A stretch of 64,000 nucleotides of DNA from Ascidiella aspersa (Eukaryota): NCBI GenBank assembly GCA_963924565.1, contig OZ004611.1:23374001-23438000 (forward strand), read 5' to 3'. Made by a program: the position numbers and the translations under genes. A model generated the notes under the pieces. It was not told the DNA's origin. It saw nothing but the letters and a program-made list of their open reading frames with translations, and made no database searches. Below, piece after piece: positions 24,101-50,000 of this stretch. Within the stretch, counting starts at the first letter, position 1, and each line of letters opens with the position of its first letter.

Positions 24101-27100
24101 AACTCTCATGGTATTCCCTTGTCTTCCTCCCATCAAACACGCTCCTCCAGTTAAGTAAGTAAATCAAAGTAACGAACGCTGTACCGTTGCACTTCAAAAC
24201 CTCAAGCTGTACTGGCGAATTGTCTATTTTGTGGAATCGTTCAAATCGTTTAAAACCTTTTACATATAGGATTTTGGGAACTTTTTTTATGACTGGTGTA
24301 CGCATCATGTTGAAAGTTATGCTTAGACAGACAATGTTGTTGGTAAAACAGCCTTAGCCTATGTATTATCTCATCGAAAGCAAGTAGTTAAATTGCCAAA
24401 ATTGGCAATTCGATCTGTTTGCCTTCAAATTATTTGTCAGAAATTTCAGGGGGTTAAACTCAAGCAGCCCATAAGTATAGTCATACCAAGTCAAGCCACC
24501 AGCATCAAAAAACGATTTGAATGTTTAACTTTTTTAACTTATTGTGTTATAAACGTTTATTCGCATTTAAACCAATAAAAATAAAGCAAATACAGCGCAA
24601 AAAAATATCCCGATTAACAAAAGTGTATTTATTGAAGACATTTAATTTAAACCAGGGGTCTCCAGCATGAGGCACGCGTGCCAAATGTGACACGCGACCC
24701 ATTAAAAAATGGCACGCAAGCCCCCAAAAAATACAGCCAATTGTCAAAAACGCTAAATTTGTTATACTGCCAATTGTCATTGTTTATTCACAATACAAAA
24801 CAACCCAAGCAATTACGACAACAAACAATTACTTCTGATATTATAACACTATACTGTTTTTATTTTTTGTATTAAAGCGCTTTTAATATTAGAAAAAAAA
24901 ATAGTTGCTAAACTTTGGTACGGGAAGAAGTTATGAGATAAAAATTGGCACGTCGACATGTTTGAGTTGGACACCACTGATTTAAACCAAAGTTAATTCA
25001 TAAGTTTAACTCAGTACATATCAAGTCATTTGTCTGAAGCAGTTAAGCCAAGGTAAGAAAATAAACTGTGACTTGCGTTCATTTTAGGTCAAAGTGATTT
25101 AAAACAACATAAGACTAATCAACCAGGTAATGTCTTGAACTCAACCAGGTAATGTCTTGCTTTGAGCTTTTGTGTATACACTTGTTGCAGACCAGACTCG
25201 AGTCACTGTATACCGAGTGCGAAGTACTTGTGGGCCTGGTTCGTCTACTTGCTCTCATTTCCTTGGCTGTGCGCTTACACGTGGACCATTCCGGACTGCT
25301 CCAAGGAAGAGAACAAGTATGAAAAGTTTTATGAAAAAAAATTCACCTAAAAGTTTAAACATTAGCATTGTCTTGAAAATAACTTGAAATCAGCGACGTA
25401 CATAAGTTTTATAAAGCCCGGGTCAGCAGTAGATACCACCGTTTCTACTTTTGTTTTATATATTAAATTAGGAAAACTAAATGAGCTTTTGATTTTAAAA
25501 AGATCTGATAAACTTATTTTCCTTATACTATTGTTTTATTCGGGCAAGTTAATTTAAATTTCTGGAGGGATGCTGGCTACATTTTACACGCCCTGATCCA
25601 AGCTTTTTTAAACAATTCGCGTAAATCCATTCTGTTTATCCATTTTAACACTTGTCTAACCGTTACTGTTCCTCTACTTGCAGAAAGTACTACGTGATGT
25701 CATTCCTGATCAGCATAATGTGGATCGCGCTGATCAGCTACGTCATGGTGGAAGTGGTCGACGTAATCGGGTGTCTGATGGGTATCGACTCGTACACGAT
25801 GGGCCTGGTAGTGATTGCGGTCGGGACGAGCGTGCCAGTAAGCTGATTACTGGAGTTTAAGTGTAACCTGCCTTTTAAGGCAGCCATGACTTTGCGTTAA
25901 ACATTCATTTCGAGCATACTGTTGAACTTGGGTTTACTATGCACGGATCTAGATCGACATCATTTTGAATAAGGTAATGTGCACATTAACTGAAGTTGAT
26001 ACAAGCTCGTATCGAAGGGTCGATCTTGATCAAGATGGTGGCGATTTACTCCTTTTTGGCTTTGCAATTCATTAATTATATCAAACTATTGAACTTACAA
26101 ATACGTTTTGGAAAAGCAAAATCATCTGTGCCAATAACTTTAATTCTGTATTTAAGGCTGGGTTCTATTGGCTTAACGTTTTTGTTCGCTTGTGCCCGCT
26201 TAAAGAGGAGATACCAACTTTATGTTTTTTAGACGATGTTTAAAGTTTTCCACTAACGATTAATTTTTTTCCACTGAAGCGTGTGATCTCACTTCAAAAT
26301 GAAAATTGGATAAATTTAACATACTGCCCAAAATTGAAGTTTACTAAATCGCTCTTTATTGACCTGTTTTTACGATCCCTGTCAATTTTACGCCTCTATT
26401 TAATATTGTTTAGTATGCGCTTATAAAACTAGTGTTGCAAAATGGCGCCTGCTGGGAGACCAAGATCGTAAACCACCCGAAAAACAGGTCTACGAAAGTT
26501 AAATAATACTGTTGCCTTTTTAATATTTCATTATTAACAACAGCAGAGTTACCGTTAGATTATACCCAGTTCACTTCTTGGTAATATTTTTTTGGGGGGA
26601 AACATCGAGGCCCTTAAAAATGTATTATGCTACAAAACGACTTATTCGGAAAATAATTTTTTTCTACCCTTTGCGAACGATTGACCTAGAAATACCGCAA
26701 CCCATACAGCACCTAATTTGCCTTTTTATATTTATCAGGATGCATTAAGTTCAGTGCTTGTGGCCCGAGAAGGTTTCGGCGACATGGCCGTCTCGAACGC
26801 TATCGGTTCGAACGTATTTGACATCAACCTTGGTCTGGGATTACCCTTTCTAATCCGAAGCATGATAACAGCGGAGCCGGTTTATTTGCTGTCACCTCTG
26901 CAAGGCGTAAGTAAGCTTAGAAGATAAGAAGACAATCTATGCATTGACAACGTCTATAAAAAGACCACAGAAAATTTCTCTGATCGGTTATAACTTTTTA
27001 TGAATGTGGAGATATACGTTTCTCAACACACTTTAGAAAAATACGTGTGACGTAGTTTGTTGTTACCAGTCGCGGATTCAGTAGTTTGTAGAACTACATT

Positions 27101-27964
27101 GGTCCTGCTTACAACAACCAACCTTATAGTTTTGTCATAATTTATGACATGTCGGATTTATTTTGGAACACTCAACACGGATCTGTTCATAATCTTCTTT
27201 TACTTTTTTTCTACTGACGATTTATTTCATTTTTAAATTTTCTCTTTATTTCAGTGTTTGATGGAAAACCTTACGCTGGCGGTCCGGATTGTTCCCCATG
27301 TCAAGTTCGGGATTATCTTGCTTCTAATCCTGTTTGTTTGCCTGGTACTTTTTGTGCTGGTCCGTTTCAGGTAAACGTTGTCTATCTTTCAGTTATTAAA
27401 TGTAAGTCACTGGCAGCGCTGCAATGACTTGAAGTCGTGTCGTTGAACTTCATTCGCTGTTTTGAGACGAGTGGAATTATTTGAAGCAGCCTATCTCTGC
27501 CTAAATTGCCTGAACGGGCCTTAATAAGTTTAACAAACGAATTGACTCTCATTTCAGTTCTATAGTTTAAAATATCCATTTCAGCACAAATGGATTGGAT
27601 TAAATGTAAAACTGTTACTTTGCTGCTTCTTTCAATTTTGGATGTTTACTGTGCGAAATATTGTTCGTAAATAATGCGACCAATTTGTTTGTTTTTTATG
27701 ACAATTACATTGCATGGTTATGAGTTGGCGAAGTATAAAGGCTGAAAGAAGGACGTTTACAGAATACTTGATTGAACATCTAGTTTTCTATATATTTAAA
27801 CTGTAAAGCCCAATTGTGTCCTATTGAACTCTCATGACTTGACGTTTTCGTAAACTGTTTGCAGACTGAACAAAACCATCGGCATCATCTTTGTGACCAT
27901 TTACGTCGCGTTCATGATCTACGCGTTCGTACAAGAGAAATCGTGTTACGCCTTCTACTGCTGA
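9140..27964 (+). CDS. K+-dependent Na+/Ca2+ exchanger (SLC24/NCKX family), 18 coding exons, ~924 aa
   Basis: Exons, all GT-AG: 9140-9675, 10569-10723, 11715-11898, 12630-12687, 15347-15546, 15910-16018, 18012-18079, 18909-19180, 20075-20240, 21136-21268, 22398-22490, 22956-22983, 24046-24154, 25191-25316, 25684-25837, 26739-26906, 27255-27370, 27865-27964; total 2775 nt, in frame. Alpha-1 repeat CDDFFVPSL...[18 protein letters not shown]...GTIVGSAVFN; alpha-2 repeat GTSVPDALSS...[23 protein letters not shown] with the NCKX K+-determining Asp. Loop exons are less certain than membrane exons. Paralog not assignable. Confidence 0.93.
11115..11461. mobile_element. hAT-type MITE, GAGTCGG/CCGACTC family
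   Basis: CAGGGCTCCGGACTC...GACTCCGCAGCCCTG, degenerate TSD ACAAGATC/AAACGATC. Homologous to ~3740-4115, 45199-45591 and ~46830-47100. Confidence 0.7.
11585..11670 (+). mobile_element. Hammerhead-bearing repeat family 2 (degenerate core)
   Basis: AACC-CTAGTGA-GGTCAGC(TGGTATCT)GCTACC-GAAA-CG-TT-GGTT; second copy at 54530-54610. Confidence 0.6.
12283..12433. mobile_element. Hammerhead-bearing repeat family 1, inverted pair
   Basis: Left arm (12283-12341) is a degenerate reverse complement of the right arm. The tail ends TAGTGCCACCTGATTAC, as at 17228-17244. Confidence 0.7.
12352..12391 (+). ncRNA. Minimal type-I hammerhead ribozyme motif (Penelope-like element/retrozyme type), intact core
   Basis: TTTGAC-CTGATGA-A-GCAC(GGTT)GTGC-GAAA-GC-TT-GTCAAG: stem I TTGAC/GTCAA, core CUGAUGA and GAAA, 4-bp stem II, palindromic AGCT in place of stem III. 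Confidence 0.8.
14665..15120. mobile_element. hAT-type MITE (CAGGGGTGGGCAAA TIR)
   Basis: TIRs CAGGGGTGGGCAAA/TTTGCCCACCCCTG, TSD CTTTTTAG/CTTTATAG. Confidence 0.85.
16800..17244. mobile_element. Hammerhead-bearing repeat family 1, cluster of degenerate fragments in both orientations
   Basis: Minus-strand CACCTGATGAAGCCCGGTTATGCAAAAGC (16800-16837) and TTGACCTGATGATTCGGAAGCACGG (~16960-16992); plus-strand GTGCGAAAGCTTGTC...TAGTGCCACCTGATTA (17186-17243); inverted tail at 16907-16922. Confidence 0.7.
20780..21100. mobile_element. tRNA-cloverleaf repeat family, head-to-head inverted pair
   Basis: A minus copy (20780-~20999, tail + partial head) abuts a plus copy (~21000-21100, TGGTAGAGCG..., internally deleted). 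The 28-nt CTGAAGCTGCTTTTTGACCAACGATTAC is identical to the copy near 35105. Confidence 0.8.
23570..23997. mobile_element. hAT-type MITE, TGACT-repeat family
   Basis: CAGTG...CACTG ends, TSD ATTATGAT/GTTATGAT. Confidence 0.75.
24653..24979. mobile_element. hAT-type MITE (CAGGGGTCTCCA, GGCACG subterminal repeats)
   Basis: Perfect 8-bp TSD ATTTAAAC; appears inserted in a decayed TGACT-family copy (~24470-25110). Confidence 0.82.
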
Positions 27965-28783
27965 CAGCGGCCCCCGAAGCTACTCATCACGGGACCTATA
28001 GCCGTACTTCCGGTTCGGTGGGTAATGGTCTTCGCCAGAAGAGAGACGAACAAGTGCCATCGTAATATTGGGAGCCCAAGAACTTGCTACAACCGATAAT
28101 GAAGCAACAGCCGATAATGTAACTTCCTTCGTTTAAATTAATCCTGGGTCAGATATATCGGGCCACAATATCTGTATAATTTTATCTGGCCGTGTCCTGT
28201 ACAGTGGGCATTTTTTCCTGGCAAACCAGAGATGTTAACACACCGATTCCTCATTCTGCGTAGCCCATCATCATTGACACAAATTAATATATTTGAACTA
28301 TCACAGTCTCGTTAAGCTAAGCAAAGGTGACATTGGAGCAACTGTTCAAGGTTAAGTCAGCATGATGTATTAATTCGAAAAGATAAAGTAACAAATACTT
28401 CGGACAGATCCAGTGGAGGCCTTATTATGGCATGCGTGGTCCAGGTCCATATATGGTGCTTATTATTTTCTATTTTTTTGTTATCATCTTACACAATTTT
28501 TCTCGGAAAGGTTAAATTTACCTTTTGCTTCATCGAATTGTTGGTTCCACACACATACACGCACACTGTTTGTCGTACTATCACGTTTGTTATTCGTATT
28601 TTGTTCGAATCAACCAATTAAAAGCACACGCCGCTCGTATAGAAATGTTTTTAACCCAGGCTAAACGCCGTGTTACCACTGGGTAACATGCAATCCGCCA
28701 GTGTTGAAATGACTTCAGTCAAGTGCTGTCATATTCAGAGCAGCAAGTCATGTCCTTATCGTAAAATAGAAGTAGGCCTACTT

Positions 28784-28963
28784 GTCCGATTATGAGCAAG
28801 AACTCCAGTAAAAAATAACATAACATATAACAAGCAAATTGTTTTAAAAATTGCCACATGAACTTAGTTTCCACTCGTCCGATTATGAGCAAGAACTCCA
28901 GTAAAAAATAACATAACATATAACAAGCAAATTGTTTTAAAAATTGCCACATGAACTTAGTTT
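28784..28963. repeat. Exact 87-bp tandem duplication with 6-bp spacer
   Basis: 28784-28870 identical to 28877-28963. Confidence 0.95.
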
Positions 28964-29342
28964 GAATTCGCAGAAGAGATCCTAAAAGGCTTTTGTACCT
29001 AGATGTTTTTGGTCAAAAATTAAAAATAAAACTTCTTGCATTTTCGCAACAACGAAGGAACACTTTTTGAATGCGGTTTATTCGGAATTACGAGTAAGAT
29101 TTTATAATGAAAGCCTGCTTTTTCAAACGTATTTCCAAGTTTACCCTTTATATAACAATACCTAATCAAGTAATCATGGTGTAATTTATAAAAAGAAGAG
29201 GTAAACGACCGAACTTGTATTGGTCTGATTCCGACCACTATATGCAGCGTAGTCCAACTTTTTAAAAGTCTTGAGCAAACGGTGACACGATACACGGTAT
29301 GAATGATTGAAACAGTTTAGATGGGAGAACAAAAATAGGCAT

Positions 29343-29348
29343 TTTATT
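29343..29348 (-). terminator. Probable ATG16L1 polyadenylation signal
   Basis: AATAAA on the minus strand ~480 nt after the stop. Confidence 0.45.
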
Positions 29349-29821
29349 CGTGTTTTGCTGATAAGATATGTATATTTTTAGAAAAATGACAGTAGCAGTT
29401 GACGACTTTTGGCAAATTATTTTTCAACTCTCGAAGGATTTATAGAAAAACCAGTAGTTTATAAACGAAAACAATAGTTTGGGTAACCCTTTCCAATGGC
29501 CAGATTATTCGGTGAAAACCCAAAATGCAATAAAAATGGTTTTCGCAGCCAAGCTGCCGTTCATTGCTGAATATGTAAAGCAGGCGCAAAAAGAGAAGAA
29601 AAAACGGCGCACAATTTGCGCGTGAAACCTGCCGACAAACTGCACAGTGCACAAGGGAAGAGGCATAGGGAAATACACTGACAGGTGAACACTGCCGCTT
29701 TCCCAAGTAATTCTAGAACTGAGCGATTCGTAAGTGCAATACAACCCGGTCGGGACTTCAACCTTTTCTTGGTAACTGGGTCCGCGCTGTTATGACGTAA
29801 CGATGACGTAAGGCGGTGACA

Positions 29822-42997
<13,176 letters not shown>

Positions 42998-43781
42998 TGC
43001 AAAATTTTTTCCAACAACATTCCCTGGTCAGAATGCACTGAACCATTAAGCGCTCAGCATGAAACAACATTTTACTAATCAGTGGGGTGGAAAGGCTGGT
43101 TCATTTCAGAGGGAATTTTAGGCCTGAGGAAGAATTCGCGCTAAAAAGTATATATATGTGAGATGGAAACGTATTACATTTCTACACAAACTGTTGTGCT
43201 TGTTTTAAATACTAAAAAGACATGGGACGGCTGTAGAGGACATGATTAATTACCGACCAATGTGTTTACGGTTCAATTTACGTTGTATCGGCTTATGTGC
43301 GAGAATAATCGTCTATGTCTACTCGCACCGACTCTAAGCGTCAATCAGAAGCCCTTCTGGTGAATAAACGAATATAAGTTCAATAACCTAAACTCGTGCC
43401 CCACACGACAACCATTAATTTTGCATGACGCCATAATATATTTTTATTGCGAAGGGATTGTTTTGATCGCTTTGATCAGAGCAAAGAGTTTTTATACTTA
43501 TTCAGAGCTGCAAGTGCTACGATACGAACTTCGTTTAGTACTACTTTTTTATTAGATAGAGAAAACTCAACCAGGACGGTTATTACAACCTTTCGTTTTA
43601 TAGATCTATGGCGTTTGTTTTGATTTTTAACCTAACAGGTATAGAACAACTGATCCGTTTGGAGAAAAAATTACAACAGCTTTGTCGTAAAAACTTCAGG
43701 TTAGGTCCTAACCTAAAAGCCATAACCCGACATATCTTCTAAATAGGCCTTAGTTGGAAGTGACACAACTAACTTAACAAC

Positions 43782-43804
43782 TTTATTCGTAGGGTTAATT
43801 TATT
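43782..43804 (-). terminator. Probable EXOC8 polyadenylation signals (two AATAAA)
   Basis: TTTATT at 43782-43787 and 43799-43804, ~200 nt after the stop. Confidence 0.5.
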
Positions 43805-44002
43805 GCACGTAGTATAATAATCACACCGAAATATAAGACCGTAAACGATTGAAAAAGCAAAATACAGTTATGGTTATACGAAAATCACACTCGCATTACG
43901 AGTAATAAAAATATGCAGGAGTTATACGCAAAGGCGGGCAACGTCAAAATAGCAGAAAAAGAGCTGTTGGTGTGAAGTCCAACTTGTTGTGTTGAGGTGC
44001 TT

Positions 44003-47000
44003 CTACTGACCGATTTCTTTAACAAACTGAACCCTCAAATCAATGAGCTGCTTCGGCGACTGGCGAATCTTTTTCTGCAACGTCAAAACGTGATGAATAA
44101 TTTACCATTGTTAAATCTTGACCACAAACGCGGCAATACGGGGCCGAAATTGCTTTGACAATCGGCATGTGTGGAAATTTTCACCCAAATCATGTGAAAT
44201 GGTTTAAAGCCGAAAGATTGAATTCATAATTTCAAACCGGCCGGCCCTTTTTTTTTAAATACGGACGTAGAACACTATTTAGGCTCTTCGAAATAGTTTC
44301 AGAGCCTGCAAAACATTTTTTGTCTTAAAATATTAGAAAAAGTTTAACTGATTCAAGGGAATCAAGTGACAATTTTCTTGAGCTTTACTTTTTTAGTGCA
44401 ATATGGTCCTCTGAATCACTAAAAATTACAGGGGACTGACCGTGCAAATTATTTTTGAAAATTTTAAAACCCTGGTTTAAAAAAAGTACCTGGCAACCGG
44501 AGTACCAACGACAACTCTGGTGACAATTCACATGTGTTTAAGCTTGAAATGGCACCAAAAAAATCGTTTTTCTACAATTGGTGGAAGGCTAACACATTGC
44601 TTTGATAGGGAAAAGAGCGCAAAATTAATCCAAATGGCGTTAAAAAAATCGGAATTTAATGAATATAAGTCAGGTCTTCGTAGTTCCTATTACTTCCAAT
44701 TCTGAATATAAATCTAGCTCAGAACAGATCTCAATAAATCCAATTGTGAAGCATTGCAGTCGGCGATGGAACCAAAACAAACGGCCACCGAACCATTTGG
44801 TTGCTTTTGGTCGAGACCCATAGGTTTAAAACACTGATATAGGGTTCGCAAATGCGACCGATTAACACAATACCCTTTGAATTACAATTACCAGAGGAGC
44901 TGTTGTTTGAATGATACAATATCCTTGGGTTTAAATAAAGGCGTTGTGTTAACCTGTATCTTGTTCTCGACCAGGGGCAGCAGACAGTCGACCAGGAATC
45001 GTGCGTTCTCACGAATCAGGCTAGCCTTGTCCTTACGCTCAGTCTCGCAGCGCAGACAACCGGCAGTAAACTCGGTGTAGAGCGACACCACCTCGGCGAT
45101 CTCGGCCAGTACCGAGCGCTGCAACTCCGGCAGAAGCATCTGGAAGGAACAAGGATAGTTTTTTGTCGACGGGCGAGGTAACTTTCCAGCGCTGCTACCA
45201 AGGCTATGGAGTCGGTTAAAAACAACCCGAGTCCAACTCCCAAATTCGACTCCGGCCAAATGTGCGATTTCGTTGAGCCTCGAGTCCGGGTGCGACCTTA
45301 CAGCCTGTATTTCACCCATTTACGTAATTAAATGAGGGTTGATATTCAGCAATCCACTTATAGGGATGTCATATAATTCATCCATCCACAACACATGATT
45401 GTATTTTTTTTTACAATAGGCTATGTTGCCTTTACAATTTACAGTTTGCGTCAAGATCAGTTTTAAAACTTGGTACTGCGAATGCGCACATCGGACTCGG
45501 GAAGTTTTCCGTAGTCTTACTCAAGTCCCGAGTCCGACTCCAGCAAAACAAACCGAAGCCGTTGAGTCCCGAGTCCGACTCCGCAGCCCTGGCTGCTCAC
45601 AGCAAAGCAAACACGAAAAAATGCCTAAAACTGGATCGGCGAAAAAAAAATTGCGTCGTTTTTTATAAAAAAAAGCGATGGGTAAATAGGAATTCTGTGA
45701 GATTTGTTTGCGGTATGAACATCCGGATCAAATGCGTCGTTTTTTATGTGCAAAGTTAACGTTGAAAGAGGAATGTACGAGGGGTCAACAGGCGACAAAC
45801 GAAGTTATGTTACGAAAAAGTTCAGCAACCCGTGATACAATATATAGAATCCTTTTCGTTATAGAGCAGAGTTTTGTAGATACGTAGAATTTACTACTTT
45901 CCTAACAAAAAATCGAAAATTAGCATTGTTATGAAGTAGAAAATAGTTTAACTTTCTGCAATAAGCAGCACATGAAATGAGAAATATAACATTATCTAAA
46001 GTCAAATGAAAATTTTTAAAGTGTATGTCTTAGAAAAACAAAACAAGAAAGAAGTATGGATATTAAAACAAATGCAAGTTGCAATACTTTCCCCAATTTA
46101 ATTCTGTTTTCTGAAAAATGTATAGCTCTGTCGACACCCTTTTCTATTATAAAGTAAAACGGGGCAAGAAACAAATAGCATGTAAACCGTCCTAATCGGC
46201 CTCTACATATTTTGTGTCACGTTTTACGGAAATAACTCAAAAAAGTCTACTTCGATCGTCCTATATTAGCATATCAAATCTAAGATAATTTTAAGTAGCA
46301 ACCGACACATATATTTGATTGAAAAACATCAGCGGTTCGACAAATACATGATTGAAAAAAGGGAGTCTACCACGATACTTACTCTCATTGCACTACCAAC
46401 GTAAGTAATGACCGCTCTGGTGAAAGCCAGCGTGGAAGCGGTCAGTCGAACGAAGCAGTTGTCGTAGCAGTAATCAATGAAGGACTTGATTCCTAACAGC
46501 GACATTTCTTCCACTATCTTTTCCGTGGCCTGAAAGCACAAAAATCACCATAAACACCCCGAGTCACAACTATGGGAATATAACCATATACGGCTCGGCG
46601 TAATCAGCAAGAAAATTCAACCTAGATACAATCATTCTGGTAAATAATAGAGAGAGAATTTGCCTATTAGTAACACATTTTTTCAGGTAAAGAAATGCCG
46701 CTATAGGCGAAATATATTTTCTTTTACCCAGCGATGTTACATAGTTGATCTTTAGAAACATTTTCATAAGTGGATTGTTAACAATACATAACACAATATT
46801 TTAGTTACATAAACGGGTAGAATACATGTTACAGAGTCGCAACGGAGTCGGCAAATTTGGCCCAAGTCGGAATTATCTTTAGTCGACTCCACAGCCCTGT
46901 TTATTTCGCATACTATACCATATTCCTTAAATTTTGCTCATTTGACTTCGGGACTCAACGGAAGTCGGATAATTTAGCTTCAATCCGACGTGCACATGAA

Positions 47001-50000
47001 CAAGTTTGTAACCGAAAAAGTTAGCACACAGTAGTAAAGGTAGAATTGCGTAGGGTGGAGATTTTTTAACCCAAGTCAAGCGGGTGACCCCCCTATAAGT
47101 TATTTTGTTGCGAACTAATGAGATGTTTTTGTATTCTATCTAGTAATTCGTTAGCTTTGTTTTCAAATTTTCGTGTTATTCGCTCGAAATGCAGCTTGGC
47201 GAACAACAAATCACATTTTGCAAAAAAAAAACAATAAAAGTCTGTTTTTTCAAGATGTTCCTCGGAAGTTGCTCTATGACAAAAATGTTCAAGTATTGGT
47301 GCATGGTTGTTTCTCGACTCGCTCCTCTCTGAGCCTGCATAGCTCAGTTGGTAGAGCGACGGTCCCGGCTTGACCGGAGGTCGTGAGTTCGAACCTCACT
47401 GCAGGCCAGTTGTTTTTCTGGCTTGCTCTGCTTGCATCATAGATCGACAGATTCGGCGAGTCTGCGATGGCTTTTAGGTGTACTTTTTTCAAGATGAATA
47501 TACTTTTTGCTATTGTAATACTTTCCTCAGTAGTTCACACCAGGTCTAATCAGGGTGGCAAATTCTTCTGGAATCGAGTCGAGAGTTAGACCCGAAATTA
47601 TTTCTTAGGCCGAAAAGGACTGGGACTCGGTCTCGAATAGTCTTAAATCGACTCGGCAGACGTGCTACGAACCTGCGGTGTAGCCATGTTGGTGGGTCGC
47701 CACACCTCTTCGGAGTTACGCAGCTTCGTGGCGTCGATTATCTTCTGCTTGTGTCCGCTTAGCGAAGCCTGGATGCGGGGAAGGAGCAGGCTGTTCAGGA
47801 GGAAGTCAAGGTCGAGTCCAAGATCGTGAAGCTGGACGAGGAGGAAATTTATGGGTTTATTTTAATCGGAGGCCCATTTTGTAACACAAATAAGTATACA
47901 GGTGATTTTGATGAAATAGACATGCTTGCTTTGGTTTACTAAAAGGAAAAAGGTCTTCTGGTATTTATTTCTGTTATCCGACGTTTTGGCTCGTTATACA
48001 GAATGCCTTCATCAGGGAATGCAACACACCGTCGTCTCCCTTATCGCTTTTATTTTGTTCGTTGGTTATCGCATTTTTTTCTCCTTTTTTGTATGTTGTG
48101 TTTGTTTGCGCGGTGTTGATGAAGGCATTCGGTATAGGTGGTCCAAACGTCGAATAACATACATAAGATCAGGAAGAGCTTCGTTTTTTTAGTATACTAT
48201 GTCTGGTAGCAACAGCATATTTATTGCTTTGGCTTAATTTATTACACAAAGTTAAAAAGGGAGAGAGGGGCATTACTGGTCTAATTTATAAAAAAAAAAC
48301 GCGTTTTACAAGACATTGAACCTTATGAATAAAACATGTTTGACGTGTCGTTGTTTAAAGTATTTGCCCAAACGTTGTATGAAAATCCAACCAGCAAACA
48401 ATCAATAAATACCAGTGTCGACATATTCAAGAAATTTACGCAACTGATTTTATTTTGAATACACATTTAGGAGCATAAATGTTGGAGGTTGAAGAAATAC
48501 GTAATAAGAATACCAAAGTCCATACAGAAGTAGGAATTATTTTGAACGTTTCGAATAACTTTTTATTCATTTTCAGCATCATGTTTAAATGAATAAAGAG
48601 TTATTCGAAACATTCAAAATGATACTCCCTATACTTCTGTATGGGCTTTGATAGTTTTATTACGTAAAACAGATTCTATTGATCCATACACGGGCTTTTA
48701 AGTCCAGTGATACATTCAAAACAACACATAACAACAAAATGAAGCAAATTTTCAGGCATAAACTGACCTTTTCCGAGTGCGCCTGGGCGTTTTGCACGCA
48801 CTCCGCCACCTCGTCGATATCCGCACTCCGACCAAAGACCTGCTGCGAGAAAGTCTCCACGAAAGAGGTGAGTTCGCTCTGAGCCCAAACCACAAACGCT
48901 GCAAGGAAACGAAAAAGAGGACACTTAGTTTGACCGGGTCTCCTAACGGAATCGGGCCGCAAAAATGTTTATAGCAGGCTAGAATGGTTTGAAGTATAAA
49001 CAGAAAAGTAGTTACTGTGTTTATTTTGGAGCATAATGGCGACCTGGACCCCAGCTCAACTTGCATGGCTGTGCAATTATTCCAAATCTACAATATGCTG
49101 TTTTTGTCGCCGTGTTATTTGATGAATTCCGTACTAACGTGACCAGGTCGCATAGTACCCTTTCTCCATTCGTTTAATTCAAAATTTCGTTTTTCTGGAT
49201 CAACGTTGCCTATTGGCTGATCCAAAGAGCATTAAGCAGTGTTGTTAAAACTTAAGTCCATGGCTTGGATTTAGTCCACTTGAATCACTGTTTTTAAATG
49301 ACTTGATATGTTTTAAGTTGTTTCGTCAAATTGGCTTGACTTGGTGGAGTCTTTGAGTGAAATGACTTTGGTGGAAGTTTAGTGTTTAAATGCATTTGAA
49401 ATTTTATTATAAAAATGAACTATTTACCTCAAATGATGGTTTTGTTATATTTAGCCAAATTATTGCTCATAAACGGACGAGTTTACCAATATTAAATATT
49501 TATCGTTAAATTTTAAAATCAGTGATTTGACTTGTTTTGCCCTGCTCTTAATCACCACTTGACTGGGCCAACTGATGACTTGGGACTGGGACTAGGACTG
49601 GACTTGTTTTTTATTCAAAAAGACTTGGCTTGGACCGAAGTTATTCTACATTTGACCTGACTGGGACAAAATCTGATTTAAAATGACTTATTTACAACAC
49701 TGGCAAGATGTAACCTACACGAGAAGCATCCGGGCTGGTCCTGAAAGGAGAGCTGGAACTCTCGGGCCGTTTCCTCCAGATTGCTGAAGAAGACCTTACA
49801 GAGCTTGCCGATGTAGAGCGGCAGGGATCCTTCGGTTCGCAGCTGACGAACAGCGAACGCTACGGCGCTGCTGCGGTTGCTCAGGAAGAGGTGACAAGCC
49901 TGTGGACAGACATGGGTGACTAGATTTATTTTTAGCTTTTTCAAATTGGAATTCGAATCAGATCGTGTCATTTTTTTTTAAATTAGATCATTTTGGTTCT

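Noticed and set aside
28719-28952. 77-aa ORF with an internal repeat
   Set aside because: Artefact of the 87-bp duplication (period 93).
47333-47407. Functional tRNA-Ala(GGC)
   Set aside because: Anticodon arm is non-canonical and differs among copies; it belongs to a dispersed repeat.
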